Below are positions 16,101-26,737 of a stretch of DNA of 28,721 nucleotides, one piece after another. Both the position numbers and the translations under genes were made by a program. How positions within the stretch are numbered: the stretch's first letter is position 1; the number at the start of each line of letters is the position of its first letter. The stretch is taken from the IMG/VR virus record IMGVR_UViG_3300014656_000100, positions 1-28,721 of that record; one strand, written 5' to 3'. The DNA comes from a virus. Its lineage: Duplodnaviria; Caudoviricetes. A model generated the notes under the pieces. It made no database searches. It had not been told where the DNA came from and saw nothing but the letters and a program-made list of their open reading frames with translations.

Positions 16101-19100
16101 GTGGTGCTACTGCGGAAGTAGTGCCAATAGATATTTCTACATTGAGGTTGAAGAATGTGGAGAATATCCGCAATTCGCTTCAAGCTAGAGAAGCAATGGA
16201 CTTGGCTCTTAAAGAAGGATATGATGGCATTTCATTTGGTGGGACGAAGGAATTTCCTACGCAGGAGGTTGTAGTAGCAAATTATGAAAAACTAAAAATT
16301 GGTAAACCAGCAATCCCCAAAGAGGTTATACCCCCTGTTACTGAAGCAGTTGAAGCACCTCCAGTAAAACCTGCTGTTGAGATTCCTGGGGTTACTCCTA
16401 TGACTGAGGTTACTCCCACTGGCGAAACAATATCAAGCTCATATATTGAAGCCCCAACTCCAACTGAAGGGGCTACTGCTAGAGTGTTCAGTAGAATACA
16501 AATTGAACCTGCAGAGTCTAATATCAGGGAGAAAATAAGGCGTGGCTGGCACAAGTTCAATTCTAAAATGGTTGATGATTTATTCCCATTAAAGAGGATA
16601 ACCGACCAATTGCGGAAAGGCGGGGTTGATTTATCTATTCAGGAGAATCCTTATCTTTTGGCTAGACTTCTCAGGGGTGTTACCAGCAAAGCTACCACAT
16701 TCCTTGAGTATGGCACATTTGGTAAGCAATTCTGGAAGATGGAGAAGGGCAAAGCAGTTCCCAATTATACAGGGGAGTCACTTGAGAATATTCTCAATGA
16801 AGTAAGAGCCCCTGTTAAATGGCGGGATTTCTCTACTTATCTAACAGCTAGAAGGGCTTTTGAATTAGCTCAACGTGATATAGAAACAGGTATTACACAA
16901 GATGATGCCCTATCAAGTGTTGGCGAGTTAAACGCTAAGTATCCAGAGTTTGATGCGTTGGCTAAAAGAGTCTATAAGTATCAGGATAGCCTTCTGGTCT
17001 ACGCTAATGAGATGGGGCTTATCAGTGGAGACCTTTTAGGAAAACTACGCCAATATGGGAACTATGTTCCATTCTATCGAGTGTTCAATGAACTTGAATC
17101 CAAAGGTGTATTCGGCAAAAAGATGGCTAATATAGCCTCTCCTATCAAGAGAATAAAAGGCTCTGAAAGGGAGATAATCAACCCCTTAGAAAGTATAGTC
17201 AAGAATACTTATGTCTTAATCAGTGCTGCCGACAGGAATCAGGTGGGTATTGCTCTGGCTAATCTAGTTGACCAGAATCCTGAGCTGGCAGATGTATTTG
17301 AGAGAGTAAAAACACCAATGGCAAGAGTAGCTCAGGTTTCAGCCAAAGAGCTTGGTGTTGATATAGAGGGTTTATCAGAAGCTGAAGAAGAGCAGATGGT
17401 TGATATATTCAGACCCTCTTTCTTTGTTAGTGGTGATGAGGTTACTGTTTTAATTGATGGCAAGAAAAATTATTATAGGATTGATGCTGACCTCCGTGAT
17501 GCTTTATTGGCTCTTAACAGAGAATCATTGGGTATGATAGGGAAGATACTTGGTGCTCCTGCCAGATGGTTAAGAGCTGGCGCTACATTAAGTCCTGATT
17601 TTATGTTCCGAAATCCTGCCAGAGACCAAATGACTGCCTTTGCCTATTCCAATTATGGATTTATGCCTGGGATAGATTTTATCAGAGGTATTGCCAGTAT
17701 GATAGGTAAGGGTAATGATTACCAGTTATTCAGGATGTCTGGAGCAGAACATTCTATGTTGGTCTCAATGGACAGGAGTTATTTACGAAAGAGTTTTAAG
17801 GAAATAGTTGAGGGTAGGGATTTCACGGAGTATGTGAAACATCCCTTAGAATTATTCAGAATTATAAGTGAACTTGGTGAAAAGGCAACAAGATTGGGTG
17901 AGTTTAAGAAGGGTATTCAAAGCGGAGCAGTGCCTCTTGAAGCTGGTTATTCAGCAAGGTCTGTAACTCTTGATTTCTCTCAGGCTGGCACGACTGCTCA
18001 GGCTATCAATACCCTTATCGCCTTCTTCAATGCCACTATTCGTGGTTGGGGCAAGATGATTAGTTCATTCAAAGAACATCCCATTAGAACCTCAGCCAAA
18101 GTTTTCGCAGGTATCACACTCCCAAGTTTATTATTATGGGCAGTTAATCACGATGATGAAAGGTGGAGGGAAATACCCCAATGGCAGAAGGATTTATTCT
18201 GGATTGTCTTTGTTGGCGATACCATCTATCGTATCCCCAAGCCATTTGAGCTTGGTATTATCTTCGGCTCAGTCCCCGAAAGATTCCTTGACTGGTTGGT
18301 GGATAAAGACCCAGAACTGATGAAGGATGTTGCCCAAACGCTAATAGAATCGGGTAGTCCTGGTTTTATTCCAACAGCAGGATTACCGATTTTAGAATGG
18401 ATGACCAATTACTCATTCTTTAGAGGAAGCAAGATAGTTCCTGCAAGTCGAGAAGCAATGCCTGCCGAACTCCAATATACTGCCTGGACTAGTGAAGTCT
18501 CCAAAAAACTTGGTGAGCTTCTTAAACTACCTCCAGCAAAAATAGATAATCTTATTTTTGCTTGGACAGGTGGGTTGGGAAGATATGCTACGGATATTAT
18601 GGACGGTATTCTCAAAGGAACTGGTGTCAGCCCTGATATTCCAGAGCCATCTGCCACACTGGCGGATACTCCCGTAATCAAAGCCTTTGTAGTTCGTAAT
18701 CCTTATGGTTCTGCTGGTGAGACAGTTAATGATTTTTATGACATCCTTGAGAAGTATGAGTCTGGTGAGAAGTATCTCAAGGAAATGTTACTCCAAGATA
18801 ACATAGAAAAATTCAATGAGTTCAAAGCATCGCATCCCGAACTCTTATTCTTTGCCGATTTTGACATTAAAGAGTATCAAGAAGCGATTGAAAAGGGGGA
18901 GACACCCAAAGAAGTATTCTATTCCGCATCAGCCAGATACTTACGCAGGGTAGCCAGAGACTTAACTGAAATCCGCAAGAAGCAGGATTTAATCTATCAG
19001 GATGAGAAGATGAGTCCTGAAGAAAAACGTAGGCTGATTGACGAGATGGATTTTCTAAAGACTGATGTAGCCCGCAAGGCTCTGGATTTACTTCTGGGAG

Positions 19101-20791
19101 CAGACCCTCAAGTATTACAGAATGAACTTAATACTGCCATAGGTCAACTGGGTGAGGTCATTGACGAAGCCCCTGTTTTATCTGTTGAGGAATCTGATAT
19201 TTATGATATGCCGAAATTGAACCAGAAATTCAATACATTGCTTGAAGGCGTAACCTCCGAGGAATTAAAAACTATGGAGGGAGTTCATCCCCTAGCCTTT
19301 GCTTATCTTGAAAAGGAAGATATAGAGACTACTATGGAGCCTATGCTCAATAAGCAACTAAGGAATTTTGAGGTTGATTTGAAGGAAGGCTATACCTTTG
19401 CCGATTATTACAAGCAGTGGCAGTTGGGATTGGTGAAGGATTCTCCATTGGAAAATCTATCACCAGAACAAAGAGTTTTGCTCCGCAAATACCACGCTGC
19501 TGATGACGAGACCAAGAAGAAGCTACTTGAAAAACACCCTGAGTTAAGGGAGAATCCAAGACAGGAATGGATAAAGTCACATCCAAAAGAAAACGCTATG
19601 CTTGCTCTATGGAAAGGCACTGAAATATATTCTAAAGAGGCTTATCAAGAATATAAGAAGCTGCTCAGTAAATTTAATGTGCCTGAAGATGCAATCCCAG
19701 AATTGACTTTACCCCCTGAGACATCTATCAATATTCACTTCCAATGGCTGGATTATGTAGCGGATAAAAAACAAGGAACTTGGGAAGCAGATTTACTTCT
19801 ACTTAAAGATGCCGAGGCAGCCAAGATAGCAGGAGTCCAGTCATATACGGAGTGGAGAAAAGAGCAAGGCAATCCACTAACACTATCAGATATTCCAATT
19901 GATATACTGGAGGAGAAGATAAAGTTCAGACCGAATGACGAGGTTTATAATGCCATACCAGATGAGATAAATCCTGAAACTGGTATAAACCGAAGAACTG
20001 AATACTTGGATAAACCTGAGAATAAGGCTTATAAGCTATTCCGCCGGCAGTCTGAGTTCTACTCTCTGGATATTGATGATGTCTATAATCAGACTGAACT
20101 CCGTGATGAGTATGTATATTACTATAATGACCTATCTGCATCTGGTTATAGGCGAGACCGCCTATTGTATGACACTAGAGGTAATCTTACTCCATTTGGT
20201 GAGTTAATGCGAGATGTTAAGGGTATTACGATAACGCCATTCAACGAAATTCCTGATGTTAGATATGATGAGTTGCTTGAAATTGAGGATAGAACTCAGG
20301 CGGAAGAATGGGAAATGAATGCCTATAAACTCTTCATCGGGAAGGAACAGTATGTTGATATTTATATGGGTTATAAGGATATTAAAGAAAAGGGCAAACC
20401 TGCTGGTCAGACTTACTGGTTTGATGATGACTGGTATCTTATGGATAACCCTGAGTTCTATAAAGAAATGGTCAGGATAAAGGCAATGACACCTAAAGAC
20501 TTCAGTAAAGTCCCTCCGAGGGATGTATTCAAGTTATATTTGATGTATGACAGTATTATTGCTACTCCCGGGATTACTAAGGCTGAAGGTCGGAGGGATG
20601 TGCGGAGACGCTATCCAAAGTTAGATGCCTGGTTATTCTTGATAGGTGCTGTCAATGAAACAATAGAGGAGTATGATGTAAGTGCTGGCTTGACTCCAAC
20701 TGAAAGGCAAGCTAGAAATATTGCAGAGAAAGAAGGACTGATAGCTGACCTTCAGGAAGAAACAAGGCGAAGATTAAAGGCGATGCAGTGA
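13121..20791 (+). CDS. giant polyvalent protein (2556 aa), probable internal virion/ejection protein with peptidase-like, ART-like and LPD38-like domains
   Basis: HEAIH zincin motif (15596-15610); AYHGTS...VYLS...GYDGI...EVVV ART-like module (~15905-16290); LPD38-like region (RNPARD, PQWQKDLFW, RIPKPFELG) at ~17560-18800; lies within the head gene block. Confidence 0.75.
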   Translation: MVETVIRDLTGQIIGNRRIVTKSPVSGRYLIRETDTDEVYWMEPEELEKPKAPPVVEPEAPFRLPPTVPEARALEFQTMPAGGGSRGVEGGEIYYSPTGESYFVPTGTPFRTGIPITSEADISGIRERLATIPRRPSGVPKAPEFNLPDILRNVYPEMGESPEEVFNAALTLARDDPEAFVEDLRAKGRNEYTESLLKALGADDQMIDDLYSQQVSIPQQAVVEIEGVRKLIIYDTATNRAYDSTGKWIGSYNPNKKEFTLKEQHKLISRGLYERLGYAPAPPVKSSEERKERVKAFQSYRKAGGKMFYDKWEAMGMPVSPEVEPPPISDEERQRIIDEEVRKHMNLLKVLGEGLTKVLPQVAAAFLSGIQGGQGAVDIGWADRFIEDAKKDLDQFAQETFDKYGETGLPFTVSDIAYLPQNIAYSLITMGAFATTAVPIGMVPLPGARVAAWFLGSAVSGVVAYQITTYQITKEYLDLKDEENMKETGRHLTLAERQQLYDDFESKARAYGLWEALPEAISNLAFARILTLPLGRVVGRSIATKILSKFVGIYGEEFLTETITQKGQSAIEVQAGLREGNITWVEAFKEVAPQTFLLTTVMGGLGQSGISTINRIKKSLKTEITETHPLYNEIVSELDKSQGLLDRIVEGAKGVRERVREAPERGAIEGVPKKPWQMINNEYMTNKVRQSNPAASESEIRRIVNTIPDRLRETEHKQLVQDALSEGKPVPAEVLAEYPDLVKGVPEGRPEVTREIKIIGEDKTLLDNIRPEISDFLKGMSDSTVYIVPRGMKGYGYVGRGMEDRPYDLYIGEKKGKQELNETILHEAIHQIESGRWNTPLAKQMREEWRSLNFEDKTPQELKELGFFDTLFMFRKSTADARKRGEFLSEMAEEYIVRPQELEKSAKPLYDFFNKYIKAVPEVTIENIAYHGTSSVHLEQIKREGLKPWRLTKQQLPKTLTEVGDYVYLSLNPETAKSFASEMTNRLKMSSEYRGATAEVVPIDISTLRLKNVENIRNSLQAREAMDLALKEGYDGISFGGTKEFPTQEVVVANYEKLKIGKPAIPKEVIPPVTEAVEAPPVKPAVEIPGVTPMTEVTPTGETISSSYIEAPTPTEGATARVFSRIQIEPAESNIREKIRRGWHKFNSKMVDDLFPLKRITDQLRKGGVDLSIQENPYLLARLLRGVTSKATTFLEYGTFGKQFWKMEKGKAVPNYTGESLENILNEVRAPVKWRDFSTYLTARRAFELAQRDIETGITQDDALSSVGELNAKYPEFDALAKRVYKYQDSLLVYANEMGLISGDLLGKLRQYGNYVPFYRVFNELESKGVFGKKMANIASPIKRIKGSEREIINPLESIVKNTYVLISAADRNQVGIALANLVDQNPELADVFERVKTPMARVAQVSAKELGVDIEGLSEAEEEQMVDIFRPSFFVSGDEVTVLIDGKKNYYRIDADLRDALLALNRESLGMIGKILGAPARWLRAGATLSPDFMFRNPARDQMTAFAYSNYGFMPGIDFIRGIASMIGKGNDYQLFRMSGAEHSMLVSMDRSYLRKSFKEIVEGRDFTEYVKHPLELFRIISELGEKATRLGEFKKGIQSGAVPLEAGYSARSVTLDFSQAGTTAQAINTLIAFFNATIRGWGKMISSFKEHPIRTSAKVFAGITLPSLLLWAVNHDDERWREIPQWQKDLFWIVFVGDTIYRIPKPFELGIIFGSVPERFLDWLVDKDPELMKDVAQTLIESGSPGFIPTAGLPILEWMTNYSFFRGSKIVPASREAMPAELQYTAWTSEVSKKLGELLKLPPAKIDNLIFAWTGGLGRYATDIMDGILKGTGVSPDIPEPSATLADTPVIKAFVVRNPYGSAGETVNDFYDILEKYESGEKYLKEMLLQDNIEKFNEFKASHPELLFFADFDIKEYQEAIEKGETPKEVFYSASARYLRRVARDLTEIRKKQDLIYQDEKMSPEEKRRLIDEMDFLKTDVARKALDLLLGADPQVLQNELNTAIGQLGEVIDEAPVLSVEESDIYDMPKLNQKFNTLLEGVTSEELKTMEGVHPLAFAYLEKEDIETTMEPMLNKQLRNFEVDLKEGYTFADYYKQWQLGLVKDSPLENLSPEQRVLLRKYHAADDETKKKLLEKHPELRENPRQEWIKSHPKENAMLALWKGTEIYSKEAYQEYKKLLSKFNVPEDAIPELTLPPETSINIHFQWLDYVADKKQGTWEADLLLLKDAEAAKIAGVQSYTEWRKEQGNPLTLSDIPIDILEEKIKFRPNDEVYNAIPDEINPETGINRRTEYLDKPENKAYKLFRRQSEFYSLDIDDVYNQTELRDEYVYYYNDLSASGYRRDRLLYDTRGNLTPFGELMRDVKGITITPFNEIPDVRYDELLEIEDRTQAEEWEMNAYKLFIGKEQYVDIYMGYKDIKEKGKPAGQTYWFDDDWYLMDNPEFYKEMVRIKAMTPKDFSKVPPRDVFKLYLMYDSIIATPGITKAEGRRDVRRRYPKLDAWLFLIGAVNETIEEYDVSAGLTPTERQARNIAEKEGLIADLQEETRRRLKAMQ

Positions 20792-20961
20792 TAGATAAAG
20801 ACCAGAATCTTAGATGTGATGGATGCAATAAAAAGTTAGGATTACACCTTCAAGGATATGTGGAGATGGTCTGTCCTCGGTGTAAAAAGTTTAACATCTT
20901 TGATACTAATAAACTCCCGAAGGAATATAGTAACCTTGACAATTTTGAAAAAGTAGTATAA
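20788..20961 (+). CDS. Mu Com-like zinc-finger regulator (57 aa)
   Basis: Hand translation from GTG overlapping the upstream stop: MIDKDQNLRCDGCNKKLGLHLQGYVEMVCPRCKKFN...; matches the Com pattern RC..C.K.L...G..E..CPRCK..N. Confidence 0.7.
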   Translation: MIDKDQNLRCDGCNKKLGLHLQGYVEMVCPRCKKFNIFDTNKLPKEYSNLDNFEKVV

Positions 20962-20964
20962 GGT
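20936..20964 (+). promoter_or_regulatory. putative sigma70-type promoter for the scaffold-capsid operon
   Basis: TTGACA (20936-20941), 17 nt, TAAGGT (20959-20964). Confidence 0.5.
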
Positions 20965-20980
20965 TTAATATAGTGCTGCA

Positions 20981-20992
20981 CGCTCTTTAACA
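20981..20992 (+). promoter_or_regulatory. boxA antitermination element (NusB/NusE site)
   Basis: CGCTCTTTAACA matches the consensus boxA of rrn/lambdoid nut sites; lies between a promoter and a terminator. Confidence 0.65.
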
Positions 20993-21038
20993 ATTAAATA
21001 ATTAGTGCTCATTAGAAGCCCGTTTTTATGTGACCTAG

Positions 21039-21061
21039 AGTCCGTGAAAGCGGACTTTTTT
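21039..21061 (+). terminator. intrinsic terminator/attenuator in the leader of the scaffold gene
   Basis: AGTCCG-TGAAAG-CGGACT hairpin followed by a T-run. Confidence 0.6.
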
Positions 21062-21083
21062 ATTTATCTAAAAGGAGGGAAGT

Positions 21084-21878
21084 ATGCCTAAGAAAAAGGA
21101 CGAACTCGGCGAGGCTGCTGTGGACAATCCAGAAATGGAGACTCCAGAGAGCGTACCCGAAATTACTCCAGAGCCACCAGAGGAAGTGGTTAATTTATCC
21201 TCAAGGGAACATCAGGAATTAGTCAAGCAGGCGAAATCTGCTAGTAGCCTTGGCAGGACTCTGCAACTTACTCTTGAAGCTCAGCAAAAACTACAGCAAA
21301 GTTACGATGCTAGGAACAAGGAGTACACAAGCCTTGGAGAAACTGTCAGGTCTCTAAAGCAGAGAGAAAGAGAAAGGGAACTTAAATCTGTTGAAGGGCA
21401 ACCTGATGTTATAGATTCAATACGCTTGAAACATCAGGCAGAAGATGAGTGGGAGAAAGTTACCAAAGCACGCTCAGAACACGAAAGCAGGGAGGCTCAG
21501 TTCAAAGCCAAAATAGAGGCTATGGAAAAACTAGAGGCAGAAACTCTGGCTAATAACCTGGCTAAAGAAAGTGGATTGAAAGCTGACCTTCTCCTCCAGA
21601 TAGGTTCTGACACGTCTGATGGAAGTATAACCTACAATCTTGAACGGATGAAGTCAATCGCTAAGTCCGTCCCGAAAGGGGAAGAAGAAGAGGAAGAAGA
21701 GGGGGAAGAAGAACCTACTGCTGTTAAAGGACAGAGGTCTAGAGCAGCGGGTACTGGTAGCCGAACTGCACAAAGGGGATACCGAACCTTTGCCGATTAT
21801 GAAGAGGCATTTACTAAAGGTGAAATTTCCTATGAGCAGTATGTAGAGGCTGCTAGAAGGTTCAATGTTCAAATCTAG
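21084..21878 (+). CDS. capsid scaffolding protein
   Basis: Acidic Pro-rich N-terminus, long coiled coil, poly-Glu linker and short helical C-terminus; immediately upstream of the capsid gene; AAGGAGG RBS. Confidence 0.7.
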   Translation: MPKKKDELGEAAVDNPEMETPESVPEITPEPPEEVVNLSSREHQELVKQAKSASSLGRTLQLTLEAQQKLQQSYDARNKEYTSLGETVRSLKQRERERELKSVEGQPDVIDSIRLKHQAEDEWEKVTKARSEHESREAQFKAKIEAMEKLEAETLANNLAKESGLKADLLLQIGSDTSDGSITYNLERMKSIAKSVPKGEEEEEEEGEEEPTAVKGQRSRAAGTGSRTAQRGYRTFADYEEAFTKGEISYEQYVEAARRFNVQI

Positions 21879-21893
21879 TTAAGGAGGTTAAAT

Positions 21894-23478
<1,585 letters not shown>

Positions 23479-23508
23479 TGTAGGGAAAATAAAGGAAGGT
23501 GATAAGAA

Positions 23509-23862
23509 GTGACACAACAGACTATACCAAGGGTCAACATAGAAAACATACATGACCCTAACGAGATTATTTCTGGACAGTCTCAGGAAACACGAATCTA
23601 TTATCGTCCCGTTAAAGACAAAGAAGGGAATCCGATATGGATTCCAACTACTCCTCTGCCAGCAGATGCTTGGCATATGAATTACTACAGCAGAAAGGGG
23701 TTTAGGACATCGCCTCCAAGTCAAGAACAGGAATCTAACCAACCTACCAATCTTCAGGCTTCTGAAAAGGCTATCTCTTGTCCAGTGGAGGGTTGTCATT
23801 TCATTGCTAAGACTTACATCGGTTTGGCAAGACACATGAGGAGTAAACACGATACTAAATAA
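23509..23862 (+). CDS. hypothetical protein with C-terminal C2H2 zinc finger
   Basis: CPVEGCHFIAKTYIGLARHMRSKH; GTG start with AAGGTG RBS. Confidence 0.7.
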   Translation: MTQQTIPRVNIENIHDPNEIISGQSQETRIYYRPVKDKEGNPIWIPTTPLPADAWHMNYYSRKGFRTSPPSQEQESNQPTNLQASEKAISCPVEGCHFIAKTYIGLARHMRSKHDTK

Positions 23863-23874
23863 GGAGGTTAAAAT

Positions 23875-24651
23875 ATGAGTTATCCTACTCGGATTTATGG
23901 CAATTCTGGAGACCATCTAAGAGTTACATCTACTCTGAGATGTCCTCTTGGGACACCAATGGAATTTGAAGATGGTCGTGTATTCCATTATTCGGAAGGT
24001 GGAGCCAGTGACCTTGCGATAGCCAAACTTATGCAGCAAGCAGTAGTCCAGTCAAATCACGATGTAGACATTACTGTGACTACTGATGCTACGTCAGGTT
24101 TATATCCTGCTATTGGAGACAAAGCTATCACCATAACCACTCAGGCTGTGCTCACTAAAGACCAGTATAAGGATGGTTATATATTCGTGGATAGTGGCAC
24201 TGGTCTAGGGCAGATGGCTCAAATCAAGTCGCACCCTGCTGAGTCTACTGGTGCTGCTTCCTGTAAGATTACCCTGTATGACCACGATGCACTGGTGACA
24301 GCATTAGATGCTACAAGTGATGTTGGGTTGAGGTTAAATCTATACGATGGAGTAATAATTAATCCGCAAGCTGCTGCTACTGGTGTACCGATTGGTGTAA
24401 CCCCACGAGCAGTTGATGTCAGTGTGGCAAAATACTTCTGGCTACAGACTTGGGGCCCTTGTCTAGTGCTAACAAATGGCAGCCTGCTTGTGGGTAAGGC
24501 AGTATGTCCCAGTGCTACAACTGATGGTGCGATAGATGTCTATCCGTTAAACAGCGCAGACGCTTCTGGTCAACAGCCAGTGGTCGGTTGGGTAATGACT
24601 GTTGCATCCAGTACCGAATACAGTCTCGTATATCTGACAATCGCCCCATAA
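23875..24651 (+). CDS. virion structural protein, probable capsid decoration/cement protein
   Basis: AAGGAGG RBS; beta-rich, Gly/Ala/Thr-rich; PLGT.M...DGRVFHY and YFWLQTWGP motifs seen in decoration-type genes next to capsid genes. Confidence 0.6.
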   Translation: MSYPTRIYGNSGDHLRVTSTLRCPLGTPMEFEDGRVFHYSEGGASDLAIAKLMQQAVVQSNHDVDITVTTDATSGLYPAIGDKAITITTQAVLTKDQYKDGYIFVDSGTGLGQMAQIKSHPAESTGAASCKITLYDHDALVTALDATSDVGLRLNLYDGVIINPQAAATGVPIGVTPRAVDVSVAKYFWLQTWGPCLVLTNGSLLVGKAVCPSATTDGAIDVYPLNSADASGQQPVVGWVMTVASSTEYSLVYLTIAP

Positions 24652-24678
24652 GGGCAAAAATATAAAAGGAGGTTTAAT

Positions 24679-25338
24679 ATGTCCGAAGTTGATGTGATGG
24701 TGAGAGTAGGTCAAGACTCCCCTCAAGCAGTTGGTGATGACAACTGGGTTGATTGGAAGGGTTCAAAGCGTGGAGAGGGTTGTGTAATTGATTTCTACAC
24801 AGCAATGCTTCTCGAAGGTAGGGGCTATCAGGTAAAGGCTGGAGACCTTACTACCCCTCTAGTCGGTGATGTTGTTATGACCACAACGGCTGCTGAGATG
24901 GCTGTGGACGCTGCACAAGGGTATTTAGACTTGATAGTGTTCGCCAATATCAGTATCCGCCTTGCTACAGGCACCTTGCATGAATACTGTATCAAGACTG
25001 TAGATACGGCATCCTCATCTGGCACTTCTTTCGTCCCATTAAGACTGCTAGGTGATACTAATGGTGCTCGCTGTAGTTCCACTGCTAGAGTTCAAGCTGC
25101 TGGCAGTGTAACTGTGCAGGCAGATGCAGTAACAACTACTAGAGTGTTATGGTCAGTAAGTAATCCATTGGTTGTGGGAGCGGGACATGAGTTCACGACT
25201 CATAACTACGAACCGAGGATGCCTGGCTCTATAGCTAACAATGCTTGCTGTTATGTGTGTGTAGCTGCCACAGGTACTGGGCCAAGTTATTATGCTAATC
25301 TTGATTTCCTAGAGTTAGCTTGGGCTGCAGTATCTTAA
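24679..25338 (+). CDS. putative virion structural protein, paralog A
   Basis: AAGGAGG RBS; colinear similarity to 25366-26022. Confidence 0.65.
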   Translation: MSEVDVMVRVGQDSPQAVGDDNWVDWKGSKRGEGCVIDFYTAMLLEGRGYQVKAGDLTTPLVGDVVMTTTAAEMAVDAAQGYLDLIVFANISIRLATGTLHEYCIKTVDTASSSGTSFVPLRLLGDTNGARCSSTARVQAAGSVTVQADAVTTTRVLWSVSNPLVVGAGHEFTTHNYEPRMPGSIANNACCYVCVAATGTGPSYYANLDFLELAWAAVS

Positions 25339-25365
25339 CAAACAAAATATAAAAGGAGGTTAAAA

Positions 25366-26022
25366 ATGTCGGAATATAATATGAGGTTGTGGGTAAACCA
25401 AGATACTCCCCGCTCAGCAAGTGAGGGTACATGGGTTGGACTAAAGGGTACTAAACGTGGTGAAGCCTGCGTCATTGACTTCTTTACGGAGATGATGCTT
25501 GAGGGCAGAGCGTTTCAGATTCGTGCTGGCTCGCTTACTACTCCCCTAGTCGGTGATGTGGTAATCACTACTACGGCTGCCGAATATGCCTTAAATGCAC
25601 CTCAAGGTGTATGTGCCTTATGCTGTACGCTGGATATAAGCATCAATCTTGGTACTGGTACTCTACATGAGTACGCTCTGAAGTCACTGGATGGAACAGC
25701 AACGGGTACTGCGTTTGTTCCATTGAACTTGATGATGGATTCAGATGCACCAGCATCAAGGTGTACCGCTTTAGTAGATGGAACTGGGGGAACTGTTGTT
25801 GGCACAGAGGCTGCCACTACCACAAGGCGACACTGGTCTGCTTCTAACCCAGTAGCCGTAGGTGCTGGTCATTCATTTACCAGTTATCACTTTGAGCCAC
25901 GCACCCCGCCTGCGATAGCCAATGTAGCTTATTTCTTTGTGCAGATAGCTGCTACTACAACTGGGCCGAGCTACTTCTCAAGCATGGACTACATTGAGTT
26001 ACCTTGGGTAAACGTTAGCTAG
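25366..26022 (+). CDS. putative virion structural protein, paralog B
   Basis: Shared blocks KG.KRGE.CVIDF, LTTPLVGDVV.TTTAAE, TGTLHEY, GAGH.FT and TGPSY. Confidence 0.65.
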   Translation: MSEYNMRLWVNQDTPRSASEGTWVGLKGTKRGEACVIDFFTEMMLEGRAFQIRAGSLTTPLVGDVVITTTAAEYALNAPQGVCALCCTLDISINLGTGTLHEYALKSLDGTATGTAFVPLNLMMDSDAPASRCTALVDGTGGTVVGTEAATTTRRHWSASNPVAVGAGHSFTSYHFEPRTPPAIANVAYFFVQIAATTTGPSYFSSMDYIELPWVNVS

Positions 26023-26035
26023 AAAGGAGTTTTTT

Positions 26036-26401
26036 ATGCCATTCTACGATTACACTTGTGGAAATGGGCATACCACAGAGAAGAGGGCAGGGATGGATGT
26101 CGTGTCCATCCTCTGCCCCGACTGTGGGGGACTTGCCCATAGAGAATCTGTTTATTTGCCTTATCTTGTTACAGAGACAGGCACTAAAGACTTTCGGAAA
26201 GCTGAAGTTCCGAGAGACGAAAGAAGGCACGACAAAGACTACAAGAGGTTTCAAGAAGCAGGTGCTGAGTTAGATTATCAGCACACAAAGAGAGAGAGTG
26301 AGGCGGGAGTTGAGATACCCCAACCATCTCTCTGGAAAGAAAGTATCAGGAGAGCCAAGAGAATAAAGGCGGGTTTGGAAGCTCCGCTAAAGGTAAGTTG
26401 A
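26036..26401 (+). CDS. FmdB-like zinc-ribbon protein
   Basis: MPFYDYTCGNGH...CPDCGG matches the FmdB-family N-terminal ribbon; AAGGAG RBS. Confidence 0.7.
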   Translation: MPFYDYTCGNGHTTEKRAGMDVVSILCPDCGGLAHRESVYLPYLVTETGTKDFRKAEVPRDERRHDKDYKRFQEAGAELDYQHTKRESEAGVEIPQPSLWKESIRRAKRIKAGLEAPLKVS

Positions 26402-26736
26402 TGTCAGACCGGGAATACATTGAGAAGATAAAGACGATTGGTATTTGTGTCAAGAATACAGAGAGACTACCCCTTGGCAATAAATCGAGAGGTAGATATT
26501 TAACATCAGAAGAAACAGGTGGATTACCTATACTCATTCCCAGTTTTGGAGCATTGGAGAAAGAGGAGATTGATTATGTAGCTGAGGCTGCTATTGAAAA
26601 AGAAAAGGAAAGGGTAAAGGTTACTCCACCTAGAGATAGTCAAGTAGCGATTAGTAATGTAGTAAATGAAAGCAAGAAAGCCCCGAAAGGTAAACGGAAG
26701 GGAACTATGGACTTAATCCGTAAGGAGGGTATGTAA
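26398..26736 (+). CDS. hypothetical protein
   Basis: 112-aa ORF coupled to the upstream stop (start may be ATG 26401). Confidence 0.65.
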   Translation: MMSDREYIEKIKTIGICVKNTERLPLGNKSRGRYLTSEETGGLPILIPSFGALEKEEIDYVAEAAIEKEKERVKVTPPRDSQVAISNVVNESKKAPKGKRKGTMDLIRKEGM

Positions 26737-26737
26737 A

